Counted from the first letter of the stretch, positions 42,174 through 52,857 are shown. The stretch: 64,000 bases of DNA from Escherichia coli (GCF_024298765.1 NZ_CP101210.1); one strand, 5' to 3'. The notes: a model not told the origin generated them from the sequence alone. Program-made: numbers and translations.

Positions 42174-43622
42174 TTAAAGACCGATGCACATATATTTGAT
42201 TTCTAAGTAATCTTCGATGCCATACTTCGAACCTTCACGACCCAGACCCGAGGCTTTAATGCCGCCGAACGGGGCCACTTCATTGGAAATAATGCCAGTA
42301 TTAATGCCGACGATGCCGTACTCCAGCGCCTCGCCCACGCGGAAGACGCGGCTTAAATCACGGGCGTAGAAATAGGCGGCAAGGCCAAACTCGGTGTCAT
42401 TGGCCTGCGCAATCACATCGGCTTCATCTTTAAAGCGGAATAGCGGGGCAAGGGGGCCGAACGTCTCTTCTTTCGACACTTTGGCGTTGGCCGGAACGTC
42501 CACCAGAATGGTCGGCTGGAAGAAGTTGCCGCCGCGTTCATCCGCTTTACCGCCGCAAACCACACGCGCACCTTTCTCCAGCGCATCGGCAATATGCTCT
42601 TCCACTTTTGCTACCGCTTTTTCATCAATCAGCGGCCCAATGGTGACGCCATTCTCCAGCCCGTCGCCGATGTGCAGTTTGCTCACCGCCTGCTGCAATT
42701 TTTCGGCAAAGCGGTCATACACGCCGTCCTGCACGTATAAACGGTTGGCGCAGACGCAGGTTTGCCCGGCGTTGCGGAATTTCGAGGCCAGTGCGCCTTC
42801 CACGGCTTTGTCGAGGTCGGCATCGTCAAAGACGATAAACGGCGCGTTGCCGCCCAGTTCCAGCGACACTTTCTTGATGTCTTTCGCGCACTGTTCCATT
42901 AACTGGCGGCCAATTTCGGTCGAGCCGGTAAACGACAGTTTGCGCACCAGCGGGTTGCTGGTCAGTTCGTTACCGACCGCGCCCGCCGAACCGGTGACCA
43001 CGTTAAATACGCCAGCCGGAACGCCTGCGCGAATCGCCAGTTCCGCCAGCGCCAGCGCAGAGAACGGCGTCTGACTGGCAGGTTTCAGCACCATCGTGCA
43101 GCCTGCCGCCAGCGCCGGACCGGCTTTACGGGTAATCATCGCCGCCGGAAAGTTCCACGGCGTGATAGCAGCAGTGACGCCAATCGGCTGCTTGATAACA
43201 ATCAGGCGTTTATCGGCCTGATGACCGGGAATGGTGTCGCCATAAATACGTTTGCCTTCTTCAGCAAACCACTCAATAAAGGAGGCCGCGTAGCTGATTT
43301 CGCCTTTCGCTTCAGCCAGCGGTTTACCCTGTTCGAGGGTCATCAGGCGCGCTAAATCGTCCTGATGCTCCATCATCAAATTGAACCAGTTGCGCAGAAT
43401 GGTGGCGCGTTCTTTGGCGGTGAGCGCGCGCCAGGCGGGCAGAGCGCGGTTGGCGGCGTCGATAGCGGCGCGGGTTTCATCAGCGCCCATTTTCGGCACG
43501 CTACCCAGCTTGTCGCCGTTCGCCGGATTGGTGACGTCGATGACCTCGCCATTGTTGGCGTCCAGCCATTCCCCGTTAATCAACGCCTGCTGGCGGAATA
43601 AGTTACTGTCGTTAAGTTTCAT
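42174..43622 (-). CDS. gabD: Succinate-semialdehyde dehydrogenase GabD
   Basis: 482-aa ORF; aldehyde dehydrogenase family. Confidence 0.95.
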   Translation of the reverse strand: MKLNDSNLFRQQALINGEWLDANNGEVIDVTNPANGDKLGSVPKMGADETRAAIDAANRALPAWRALTAKERATILRNWFNLMMEHQDDLARLMTLEQGKPLAEAKGEISYAASFIEWFAEEGKRIYGDTIPGHQADKRLIVIKQPIGVTAAITPWNFPAAMITRKAGPALAAGCTMVLKPASQTPFSALALAELAIRAGVPAGVFNVVTGSAGAVGNELTSNPLVRKLSFTGSTEIGRQLMEQCAKDIKKVSLELGGNAPFIVFDDADLDKAVEGALASKFRNAGQTCVCANRLYVQDGVYDRFAEKLQQAVSKLHIGDGLENGVTIGPLIDEKAVAKVEEHIADALEKGARVVCGGKADERGGNFFQPTILVDVPANAKVSKEETFGPLAPLFRFKDEADVIAQANDTEFGLAAYFYARDLSRVFRVGEALEYGIVGINTGIISNEVAPFGGIKASGLGREGSKYGIEDYLEIKYMCIGL

Positions 43623-43644
43623 TGTTACGTCCTGTTTTCAAAGG

Positions 43645-44913
43645 TTATTGATTAAATGCGGCGTGTAAGGCATCCACACTACGTGCCGCTCGCAGCGTGC
43701 GTCCGGGGTTACTCTGGCTTGCCAACAGCGTTTGTACCTTGCTGACAATATGCGCACCAATAGGAATTGCTGATGTCGCTGCCGGGGAGGGCGCATTGCA
43801 GGTGTGGATCGTGCGCGGGGTGGTGACAAACAGAAAATCGTCAATCAGCTTGCCGTCCGGCGATACCGCCTGCGCCCGCACACCAGCGGGCCAGGGCTGG
43901 AGATCGCTTAACGAAAGCCGGGGACAATACTTTTGCACCAGCCGCAGATAGCCGCTTTTGCACAGCGAGTTTTTCATCTCGCCCAGTCCTGAGCGTAGAT
44001 GGTTTTGCAGCACCCGGCGAATCCCCGACGAGCCCAAAATCTCCAGCGTGTCGCTAAATGAGAAGTCGCGCTTACGATAGCCTTCGCGTTTGAAAGCCAG
44101 CACCGCGTTTGGCCCGACGGTCACGCTGCCATCGATCATGCGGGTGAGATGCACGCCCAAAAATGGCATCGCGGGGTCGGGAATGGGGTAAATCAGGTGG
44201 TTAACAATCTGGTTATGCTCCGGCGCAAGGCGGAAATACTCGCCACGGAACGGGCAGATAATAAAGCCCGGTTCGAGGCCGAGCATTTTCACCAGCCGGT
44301 CAGCCATCAGCCCGGAACAGCTAATCAGCGTCGATGCTTCATATTCACCGCCCTGACGGGTACGTATCACCACGCCGTTTTTATGCTCACTGAGGGCGCT
44401 GACTTCGGCGTTATAAATAATCTCGCCGCCTCTGGCCTGGAAGATTTTTGCCATCGCCGCCGTCACTTCGCGATAGCTGACAATGCCGCTGGACGGCACA
44501 AAAATGCCGCCGAGCCCGGTGATATTCGGTTCGCGCTCGCGCAGTTCCTCGGCGTTTAGCCACTCGCGCTCGATACCATTCGCCGCCGTACGTTCCCACA
44601 ACGCGCGCATCCGTTCCATTTCGAGTTCAGAGGTGGCGACCAGCATCTTGCCGCAGTTGTCATAGCGAATGCCGTTTTGATCGCAAAAGGCTTTGGTGGC
44701 GCGGTTCCCCGCCAGGCAAAACTGCGCCTTCAGGCTACCGGGCGTGTAATAAACCCCGGCATGGATCACGCCGCTGTTGTGGCCTGTCTGATGACAGGCC
44801 GGACCGGACTCTTTTTCCAGCAACGCAATGCGGGCATCCGGATAAACATCAATCAGTTGCATGGCGGTCGACATGCCGATGATGCCGCCGCCAATAATCA
44901 CAAAATCATACAT
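43645..44913 (-). CDS. lhgO: L-2-hydroxyglutarate oxidase LhgO (YgaF)
   Basis: 422 aa from MYDFVIIGGGIIG (FAD motif); synteny csiD-lhgO-gabDTP. Confidence 0.9.
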   Translation of the reverse strand: MYDFVIIGGGIIGMSTAMQLIDVYPDARIALLEKESGPACHQTGHNSGVIHAGVYYTPGSLKAQFCLAGNRATKAFCDQNGIRYDNCGKMLVATSELEMERMRALWERTAANGIEREWLNAEELREREPNITGLGGIFVPSSGIVSYREVTAAMAKIFQARGGEIIYNAEVSALSEHKNGVVIRTRQGGEYEASTLISCSGLMADRLVKMLGLEPGFIICPFRGEYFRLAPEHNQIVNHLIYPIPDPAMPFLGVHLTRMIDGSVTVGPNAVLAFKREGYRKRDFSFSDTLEILGSSGIRRVLQNHLRSGLGEMKNSLCKSGYLRLVQKYCPRLSLSDLQPWPAGVRAQAVSPDGKLIDDFLFVTTPRTIHTCNAPSPAATSAIPIGAHIVSKVQTLLASQSNPGRTLRAARSVDALHAAFNQ

Positions 44914-44932
44914 CCGCTCAATTCCTTTGCGC

Positions 44933-46009
<1,077 letters not shown>

Positions 46010-46440
46010 TTACATATTGTTTTCTTATTGCGATCAAAAACAACAAATTAATAACAAATAATGTGAGGGATAAGAATTGGGTTGAAAGGAAATGAATAAT
46101 TAAAACAATATATTAAGTGTGCTTATACTCTTTTTCGAACTGGTGGCATTTGTTTAAATGCTATTTAAACTGCTTTTCCAGAGTTCAACTTACTGAGTTC
46201 CGTGTCGACTAATGTGAGTAAGATCAATCGCATCCAACCTATGTTACTTGATGGAATCGATAACAATATTAATGAATATACAGATTCCGGGAAGGCTGGC
46301 TATGGGGGCAAATTATTCTCTTTCTGGCAACGGGTAAATAACAGTGACCATTTGTCGAGAAGCTGATACTGAGCTGAGGGATACTGTATATGTCTGGACT
46401 GTAATTGGATGAATTCTATTCAGGGCGGGTCAGGACCAAT

Positions 46441-46466
46441 AAAAAAGCCCGCATCAGCGGGCTTTA
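46441..46466 (-). terminator. Rho-independent terminator (reverse strand)
   Basis: Hairpin aagcccgc-atca-gcgggctt preceded by A6 on the top strand (T6 after the hairpin on the reverse strand). Confidence 0.6.
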
Positions 46467-46592
46467 ATGTCATAGGGAGTCGCGACTCCGTTGCGTATCC
46501 TTTTTTGTCTCCTCACCGTCTGGTCGGTGTCCTGCTGAGACTTATAACTTCCTGTTTTTGTTGGTGTAGTCCTTACACCGTCCAATCATGAT

Positions 46593-46624
46593 TGGTGGAG
46601 CTGGCGGGAGTTGAACCCGTGTCC
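46593..46624 (-). other. att core: duplicated 3' end of tmRNA (ssrA), 32 nt, no tmRNA body
   Basis: Reverse strand reads GGACACGGGTTCAACTCCCGCCAGCTCCACCA, one mismatch to the remembered E. coli ssrA 3' terminus; upstream sequence does not continue as ssrA. Confidence 0.7.
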
Positions 46625-47050
46625 ATAGTTATGTAATTCATTGAATTTAAATAGCCAAATATTGTTGATTTTACAAGCGGCTCTTTTGCGGAACTTTTTC
46701 TGTCCTGTTACTGTCTTACTATTTATTTTAAAATAGTTTCATTTGGAATTAATGGTTTGTGGTTGCAGTTTCGGAGATAGATAGCATTTTTTGCTAAAAA
46801 ATATTTTTATAAAAAATGTGTGTAAAAATGATGTTATGCACAGATTTATGCACAGAGGCTTTGTGATAAACCAGATTGTTTTGGATAAGTTTGTTTTTTT
46901 GTGATTTGTCAACAATATTATTGACTCTTGTTACTAAAGTGAGTGTTTTCTAAGGTGGTCAGAAGTTGTCCCTTCATGTAATCTTATTAGCCATAAAGAA
47001 CAAAAAATAATTCAACATCATTACCAACTATTTGTAAGATAAGGTTTTTA

Positions 47051-47866
47051 ATGTTGCAGCCAGCAAAAAAAGCATCAGTTATTAGCGCGCGGCTAACGAA
47101 ATACCTCAAAGATGGAGTGAGGATTGATGACTTTAGCTTTAGAAGGATGTTACGTGAGATTGAAGCACTTAGAGATCCTGTCTCTGAGGACTATCTTTTA
47201 GCGTTGGTCTATGGTGCACATGGCCAAGTGAATGAGGCGATAGGCTTCTTTGAGCGTTCCTTGCAGGTATGCCATAATGAGGTTGTTGCAAAGAATTTTC
47301 TTGTTTTCTTGTCAGATTACGGTACGTTGAAGAAAAGCTTTGAAACAAGCATTAAGCTTGCTGAAAGCTTCATATCCCCGTTTATTTATCTTCAAGCTTA
47401 TGAAAACTCCCTCTTTATGGGGAAGATGGCGTTGGCGGAGAAGTATTTCCAGTCATACTCTAAATTGTTCGGAGATAAGGAGCCTGAAAAAATGGACAAC
47501 AATCTTGATGAAGTTGTTTCCCAGGTCGAATCCTTTAAGCAACGTGCCGATCTTTCTGGTTTAGAATATGAACTTATTTTCAATAATGTAGCCAATGTCA
47601 TGGATTCTCAGAAGGTTCATCTTTCGGGAATGCGTTTTTATAATATTTCGGAAGAGAAAGTGAATGCGATTGTATTCATGACAAAGTCTTCTGATGCTGA
47701 ACAAATCGCTGATATGAATATTGAGCTTGCTTTTTCAATGGCTGAGCACGATTGTTTAGTCGGTAAAGATTTTGCTGTTTGGTTTGAATGTAAAGACACA
47801 CATATTGAGCAGAATGCTATCTCCGAATTAGGTCTGATTACCCGGAGGGTTGCACATGCCGGTTAA
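47051..47866 (+). CDS. Hypothetical protein, gene 1 of a two-gene cargo operon between att core and int
   Basis: 271-aa ORF, about 40 percent GC by eye, no TM, no recognizable catalytic motif; stop overlaps the start of the next ORF. Confidence 0.6.
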   Translation: MLQPAKKASVISARLTKYLKDGVRIDDFSFRRMLREIEALRDPVSEDYLLALVYGAHGQVNEAIGFFERSLQVCHNEVVAKNFLVFLSDYGTLKKSFETSIKLAESFISPFIYLQAYENSLFMGKMALAEKYFQSYSKLFGDKEPEKMDNNLDEVVSQVESFKQRADLSGLEYELIFNNVANVMDSQKVHLSGMRFYNISEEKVNAIVFMTKSSDAEQIADMNIELAFSMAEHDCLVGKDFAVWFECKDTHIEQNAISELGLITRRVAHAG

Positions 47867-48239
47867 TAGTCAAGATTTTCTCGGTTTTGCAAAAGACTGT
47901 CATCAACGTAATGACGAAATCGGCTATCGAAATGCTATAGCAAGATCCTACTATGGCGCTTACCATCATGTCTTGCCTTGTATGGTAAACGGGCCGAAAG
48001 ACAGTCATCAGGGGCTAATCAATTATTTGCAGGGCGATGCTTCAAGAGGAAGTGAAGTATATGAAGCTAGATATCTAAAAGGGATTAGTTTTATCCTGAG
48101 TCAACTTAAAGCTCAGAGGATTGTTGCAGACTATCGACTTGATCAATCGGTCACTTCTAAACAGTCTGAAGTTGCGATTCTAACAACTGAGAGGCTCTTT
48201 GCTAAGTGTACGGAAATGCTTAAATCGAGAGCCTCCTAA
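47856..48239 (+). CDS. Hypothetical protein, gene 2 of the cargo operon (unverified HEPN-like R-x6-H motif)
   Basis: ATG at 47856 preceded by SD ggaggg; about 127 aa; motif RSYYGAYHH; terminator hairpin aaagccacttaagtggcttttttt immediately after. Confidence 0.55.
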   Translation: MPVNSQDFLGFAKDCHQRNDEIGYRNAIARSYYGAYHHVLPCMVNGPKDSHQGLINYLQGDASRGSEVYEARYLKGISFILSQLKAQRIVADYRLDQSVTSKQSEVAILTTERLFAKCTEMLKSRAS

Positions 48240-48252
48240 TTGATAAAGCCAC

Positions 48253-49425
48253 TTAAGTGGCTTTTTTTGTGATATTGCTGGTCGTATTACCGTCATATTC
48301 CTTTAAATATAAACCATAATGACGAAATAACATTTCCGGCCCTTTATGCCCCATTTGAGCTGCAAGCCAAAACAGGTTTGCTCCCCGGCTGATATGGCGG
48401 GTGGCGAATGTATGCCTAGTTTGATATGGATTTCTGTAACGAATACCTGCTTTTCGCAATGTTGGCACCCATGCTTTTTTCCTGATTGCATCAGCACTTG
48501 CCCAAGGCTTATTGGTCTTTGGATCTTCAAAGACAGTAGTATCCTTCATGAATGTAAATGGCTTCTGATTTATCAGCGCCAACATTGCCTCTTCTGTCAG
48601 TTCAACTTTCCGAGTACCTGCTTTTGTCTTTGTCCCTTTGATAACACCGACAACACTTGCGCTCTGGACATGGGCAGTTTTTCCAACAAAGTCGATATCA
48701 CGCCATCGAAGGGCACATAATTCAGAACTACGCAGGCCTGTATGTATAGCGAACCGGAACAGATTTTCCCATTGTTTGTTTCCGGCTGCTGCTAGTAATG
48801 CATCAACTTCTGCTGGTGATAGCGGATCAACTACGTAGCTGCTTTCTGCTTCTGACTTATCACTTTGGTAGCGCGAAGCTGTTACTAACGATACGGGGTT
48901 AATTTGAAGTACCCCATCGGTCACGGCTTCATCAAGTGCTGACCGCAGGAAAGATAACTGGTTGCGAATTGTTTTTAAGGTCGTTTTCTGATTTTGAATC
49001 CACGCTTTCAGGGTTGCTGGTGTTAATTCACTTGCAGGGCAAATGTGAAGTGAGGCTAACGCACTACGGCATTTTTTATAGCCACCAATCGTAGAGGGTG
49101 AAAGTTTTCTTGTTTCGCAGATTTCAAGATATTCGTCCAGGTACATCTTTACCGTTTTGCCTGCAGCAGCATTACCAAAAATTTTCAAACGAGCAGAACG
49201 GGGAAAATATTCTGCATAAATGAATGTTCCCCTTTCGATCTTATTATGGATTTCGCCGAGTGTACGCTCGGCGTATTTAATGTTCTTTGGTGTTACTTCC
49301 AGATTGGAAAGCGGCTCACGACATCTAACTCCTTTGTAGGTGAAAGTTATATTGATCGTTTCTCCCTGGCGGTGTTTCCTGATTGTTACGCCGCGCGGTA
49401 GTTTGAGCAGTTTTGTCTGGCCCAT
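48253..49425 (-). CDS. int: Phage integrase (tyrosine recombinase)
   Basis: 390-aa ORF with N-terminal arm-binding-like domain and C-terminal catalytic region (RHTFATRH ... LFRHYGLY). Confidence 0.9.
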   Translation of the reverse strand: MGQTKLLKLPRGVTIRKHRQGETINITFTYKGVRCREPLSNLEVTPKNIKYAERTLGEIHNKIERGTFIYAEYFPRSARLKIFGNAAAGKTVKMYLDEYLEICETRKLSPSTIGGYKKCRSALASLHICPASELTPATLKAWIQNQKTTLKTIRNQLSFLRSALDEAVTDGVLQINPVSLVTASRYQSDKSEAESSYVVDPLSPAEVDALLAAAGNKQWENLFRFAIHTGLRSSELCALRWRDIDFVGKTAHVQSASVVGVIKGTKTKAGTRKVELTEEAMLALINQKPFTFMKDTTVFEDPKTNKPWASADAIRKKAWVPTLRKAGIRYRNPYQTRHTFATRHISRGANLFWLAAQMGHKGPEMLFRHYGLYLKEYDGNTTSNITKKAT

Positions 49426-49592
49426 TTTGCAACCTCACTAAGATCAATCCACCTCTCCTTAACGCCTTCAACCTTTAAAACCTGAACACCTTCACGCCAA
49501 ACACCGCGCTGTACACGTTTGTTTATTGCTTCAGGAGTTTCGCCAGTTTCTTTGCAATAAGTTGAGATAGGAACACAATCGAGGTTCAGCAT
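49386..49592 (-). CDS. Excisionase-like small DNA-binding protein
   Basis: Small ORF overlapping the int start; start placed at MLNLD with SD GGAG; position typical for xis. Confidence 0.5.
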   Translation of the reverse strand: MLNLDCVPISTYCKETGETPEAINKRVQRGVWREGVQVLKVEGVKERWIDLSEVAKWARQNCSNYRAA

Positions 49593-49633
49593 ACGTTTCT
49601 CCATTATCCCGTCTGCACACGGGAGCAACATTA

Positions 49634-50524
49634 TTAACGAATAGTGTCGTTACTTTGAAGTACAGCAAATGCCATTAATACTTCTAAAGTATATCTTCTA
49701 TAAAATTTAACAAAACCAACATAGAAAACATAGACGAAGAAAAAGCTAAGCATTATTGAAAGTAAACTATAAAGATAATCACTATGAGTACATAATCGAT
49801 AAATAAAGGTTGGAACTGATACCCAAAATGAAATTATAAAGATTAAACATATGTTTCTGCAAAAACCATATAATGCAACATAGTTTTGAATTTTTGTTTG
49901 ATGTTGTTTTGAAAACTCATAAACATAATGATATGCCAATCTGAAGAGATCATCATCAAGTCCGTTTTTATCTTGTAATAATTGGCGATTTGTTATGAAC
50001 TTTTTCTCATAACCTTCTTTGATCATTAACCATGTTGTATTAGCTAAATGAAATGGTAGAGATTGAGAATAACATAGTTTTTGTGTTATAAAATCCCATA
50101 GTATTATTGGGCATAATACGCATTTGATTATGCGATTCTTTATTTTTGTTTTTTTATCAGCGCTTCTCTCATCGCATGATGGGCTACAAATGCTTTCTGA
50201 GGTATCTATCAATTTTTTAAATAGATATTTGGAAGGATATCCTAATTCTTTATTCATGTATTTTTCGATAAAAAATGCTGACGTGATAGAAATAAAATGT
50301 CCAGCTATATAAGATATAATAACTATTGAAGCGTAGTTCAAAATGCCAAAGATTTGACTTTGACCTCTGAGCAATTCACTTAAGTCAATAACAATATCTA
50401 GATCGAATGTCAAACCACAGAAATACATTAATAGGATAAAAAAACCACCTGGTATTAAATATCCAAGAAAGTCATAGAATGAGAATGGATTTTGATTCAT
50501 TGTTGCTCTCCAATAATTTTTCAA
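49634..50524 (-). CDS. Hypothetical polytopic membrane protein (very AT-rich cargo gene)
   Basis: 296-aa ORF with hydrophobic segments at both ends; roughly 30 percent GC by eye; sits between xis and the YfdR-like gene. Confidence 0.6.
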   Translation of the reverse strand: MKNYWRATMNQNPFSFYDFLGYLIPGGFFILLMYFCGLTFDLDIVIDLSELLRGQSQIFGILNYASIVIISYIAGHFISITSAFFIEKYMNKELGYPSKYLFKKLIDTSESICSPSCDERSADKKTKIKNRIIKCVLCPIILWDFITQKLCYSQSLPFHLANTTWLMIKEGYEKKFITNRQLLQDKNGLDDDLFRLAYHYVYEFSKQHQTKIQNYVALYGFCRNICLIFIISFWVSVPTFIYRLCTHSDYLYSLLSIMLSFFFVYVFYVGFVKFYRRYTLEVLMAFAVLQSNDTIR

Positions 50525-50608
50525 TTTGTAATATAACCTATATCTATATGTTAATAAATTACTTATATGTTCTTTTATGGCAGAGTTTGAATTCGTACGT
50601 GCTGATTT

Positions 50609-51145
50609 TTACGACTCAGTTAACTCTTTAAAGCGTTCCATAAACATCCCATAGGTATGGCCTGGCGACAGTGGAATAACTTTGAACATCTCTGTTGCCG
50701 GGATACCTTCCAGTACGGGCCAGAAAGAGCCATCATCAAGCCCGAGATCGCGGCGTTCGGTTGCCAGCATGATGAGATCGGCATATTTCACGGGCGTACT
50801 CATAACCGGGGGTAACCCGTATTTCTCACGGATTACGGCGTCTATTTTTTCTTCCATCCGTTTATAGTCAGGAAGAAGGCGTTTCAGTGGAGCCGGGATG
50901 TCCTGGCAATACGCTTCTGTTGCATCATGCATTAACGCTTCAAAAGCAAATTCCTGCGGTACCAGCTGGCTGCAAAGCACCGCATGTTGGGCGACGCTGT
51001 AGAAGTGTGAAAGATGGCCGGCAAAGCGACAGATATTTGAAAGGGAAACCGCGATATCGTTAATATCGATGTTGTCTTTATTTATCCTGTCATAATAAAA
51101 ATGTTTCCCGGAAAAAGTTTTAATAAATGACATTTTGTTCTCCAC
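50609..51145 (-). CDS. HD-domain phosphohydrolase (YfdR-like 5'-deoxynucleotidase family)
   Basis: 178-aa ORF with H...HD motif (AQHAVL ... LMHDATEAY); same size as CPS-53 YfdR. Confidence 0.7.
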   Translation of the reverse strand: MENKMSFIKTFSGKHFYYDRINKDNIDINDIAVSLSNICRFAGHLSHFYSVAQHAVLCSQLVPQEFAFEALMHDATEAYCQDIPAPLKRLLPDYKRMEEKIDAVIREKYGLPPVMSTPVKYADLIMLATERRDLGLDDGSFWPVLEGIPATEMFKVIPLSPGHTYGMFMERFKELTES

Positions 51146-51261
51146 GTTATATGCGCTGCACCGCGCTGAATTTTGGTTAAAGAAAACCCTCGCCTTCAGG
51201 CGATTATTGAGTCAATTACGTTTCCATAAATGCCCCCGCAGGGGCATTTGCAGTAATGAAA

Positions 51262-52086
51262 TCAGGCGGTGAAAGTCCCAATAAAGGTTTCTACTTTGCT
51301 GTCCTTGAATTTCTCAACAAGCAGATCACGAAATTCGTTAGCCATATCTTCCTGCACCGCTTCCAGCTGAATAATGCGCAGAACCAGTACAGGACGATCG
51401 CCAGTGATAATGCTGAGGCGTAATTTAAACGGACGTTCTTTCAGACCTTCAAACGGAACGCATTTAAACTCAAATGCCACTGGCATAATGTCTTTGGTCT
51501 TCGCTTCGACAGACTCCATCAGGGAGCGTTTGCCGCTGAAGTCATTATCTTCAAAATCAGCAGTCTGGTTTGCTTCAATCGTGATTTTACGGACCGCCGC
51601 AGCCGCTTTTGTTGCCTGAATGGTGTCACCATTAGCATCAAAGCCCACAAGATAGTCGGCCCAGTCTTCGATCCATTCTGCCAGTGATTTCTGGGAGTTA
51701 CGCTCTCCATTAACAGACAACAGAGCAGAGAACGGTGCTGTCTTTTTCAGTTTGAGAGTGGCGGTGTTATCTGCGTGACCTGGTTCATCAATAGTACCCA
51801 GGTTAAGCACACTGACGGCACGCATATTATCAGCATCGATAAAGCAGCGGGTGCCTTCATCTGCAAGATCTTTAGAATAACGGGTAAAGTCATCAATGCT
51901 GGCAGTGGAAAGCGCACCACGGAAACGGAAGCGATTTAAATTAAATTTTTCCAGATCATGAATGCGGAAATTCTCAGGCAATGCCACAGCATCGGCACCA
52001 ATCTTACTGATAATTTCATTAACACCCTGAGCAGAAATAAGAGCATGGATTTGATTAATTGCGGTTGCGTCTAAGTTCTGAGACAT
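51262..52086 (-). CDS. Phage protein, YfdQ-like (DUF2303 family)
   Basis: 274-aa ORF adjacent to the YfdR-like gene; size and neighbourhood match CPS-53 YfdQ (from memory). Confidence 0.6.
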   Translation of the reverse strand: MSQNLDATAINQIHALISAQGVNEIISKIGADAVALPENFRIHDLEKFNLNRFRFRGALSTASIDDFTRYSKDLADEGTRCFIDADNMRAVSVLNLGTIDEPGHADNTATLKLKKTAPFSALLSVNGERNSQKSLAEWIEDWADYLVGFDANGDTIQATKAAAAVRKITIEANQTADFEDNDFSGKRSLMESVEAKTKDIMPVAFEFKCVPFEGLKERPFKLRLSIITGDRPVLVLRIIQLEAVQEDMANEFRDLLVEKFKDSKVETFIGTFTA

Positions 52087-52151
52087 AATAAGTCCTCACT
52101 ATATAAAGATATTCAGTGATGAGATAAATAATCAGTTAATTAAGAACGATA

Positions 52152-52514
52152 TTAATGACCTGCTGCGCGGAGTTTTCCGTCAGGCTCACCGGCAAGAGTC
52201 AGTAATTGTCCCTGGTCTTCCTGCAGAATAGTCAGGCGACCACCGCGATTGACATACATCGGCGTTTCGGTGGTGTCTTCTTCGGAAATTTTCCCACGGT
52301 TAGTCGGGCGAACATATGAGAGTTTGTGTTTGATTTTCACACGGTTCTCATCAAATGGTTCGATTTCCAGGTTGAGTGAGACCTTACCTTTGGTTTTCGT
52401 GTTCATCACACCGGAAGCGACTTCACTGAGAACTGCGCCGATTTTGGTTTCAAATACGCCGCCGTCCAGCTCCCCGATAAATGCCTGCACATCAGTACTG
52501 CGTTCGCTAGCCAT
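52152..52514 (-). CDS. Phage hypothetical protein, possibly YfdP-like
   Basis: Start placed at MASERSTDVQ (ATG ~52514) with SD AGGAG; about 120 aa; the longer ORF-track extension runs through an 18-bp inverted repeat. Confidence 0.55.
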   Translation of the reverse strand: MASERSTDVQAFIGELDGGVFETKIGAVLSEVASGVMNTKTKGKVSLNLEIEPFDENRVKIKHKLSYVRPTNRGKISEEDTTETPMYVNRGGRLTILQEDQGQLLTLAGEPDGKLRAAGH

Positions 52515-52857
52515 TTTGCTGCTCCTCATCATATCGACCCTGCAAGGCCGATTAGTTTCTCCACAAAACAGAGAAGAACACCTGCGGTGGCAGCCGCCCG
52601 GATGGATTGGGTTATGAGCCCGTCGTCCGATGATGTTCTTCTCTGTTTTGTAAAAAGAGCGGTACCAGCCGGAAGCAAGTGTACAAACTGGTACCGCCAA
52701 AGCAGTGGCTGTTGTGGTGACCGGTGCTGATCTCCGGCTTGCGGTTATTTCAGACTCTCACGGGCGTTTAATTGCCCCGCCGAACAGCTCTTTTCCGCAA
52801 TAGCTGCAATGTCTTTCGCGCATCAGCCTGCGCATTCACCACAACTCTAAAAACAAA

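Noticed and set aside
42394-43074. 226-aa plus-strand ORF inside gabD
   Set aside because: Antisense to gabD; Ser/Ala-rich low-complexity product; no start context.
46593-46960. A complete tmRNA (ssrA) gene at the att site
   Set aside because: Only the last 32 nt match the ssrA 3' end; the sequence 5' of it does not resemble the tmRNA body and cannot form an acceptor stem.
47850-47855. TTG start for the second cargo ORF as given in the ORF track
   Set aside because: An in-frame ATG two codons downstream has better spacing from the SD ggaggg; the ATG at 47856 is the more likely start.
52152-52514. Identification of the first early-left gene as an N-like antiterminator
   Set aside because: The protein lacks an N-terminal arginine-rich motif and its size matches YfdP-like proteins; antitermination is more plausibly tied to the upstream RNA element, if at all.
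52515-52700. N-terminal extension of ORF 52152-52700 (182 aa)
   Set aside because: The extension would be translated through an 18-bp perfect inverted repeat and lacks an SD, whereas the internal ATG at ~52514 has AGGAG at proper spacing; the upstream part is more likely a structured leader.
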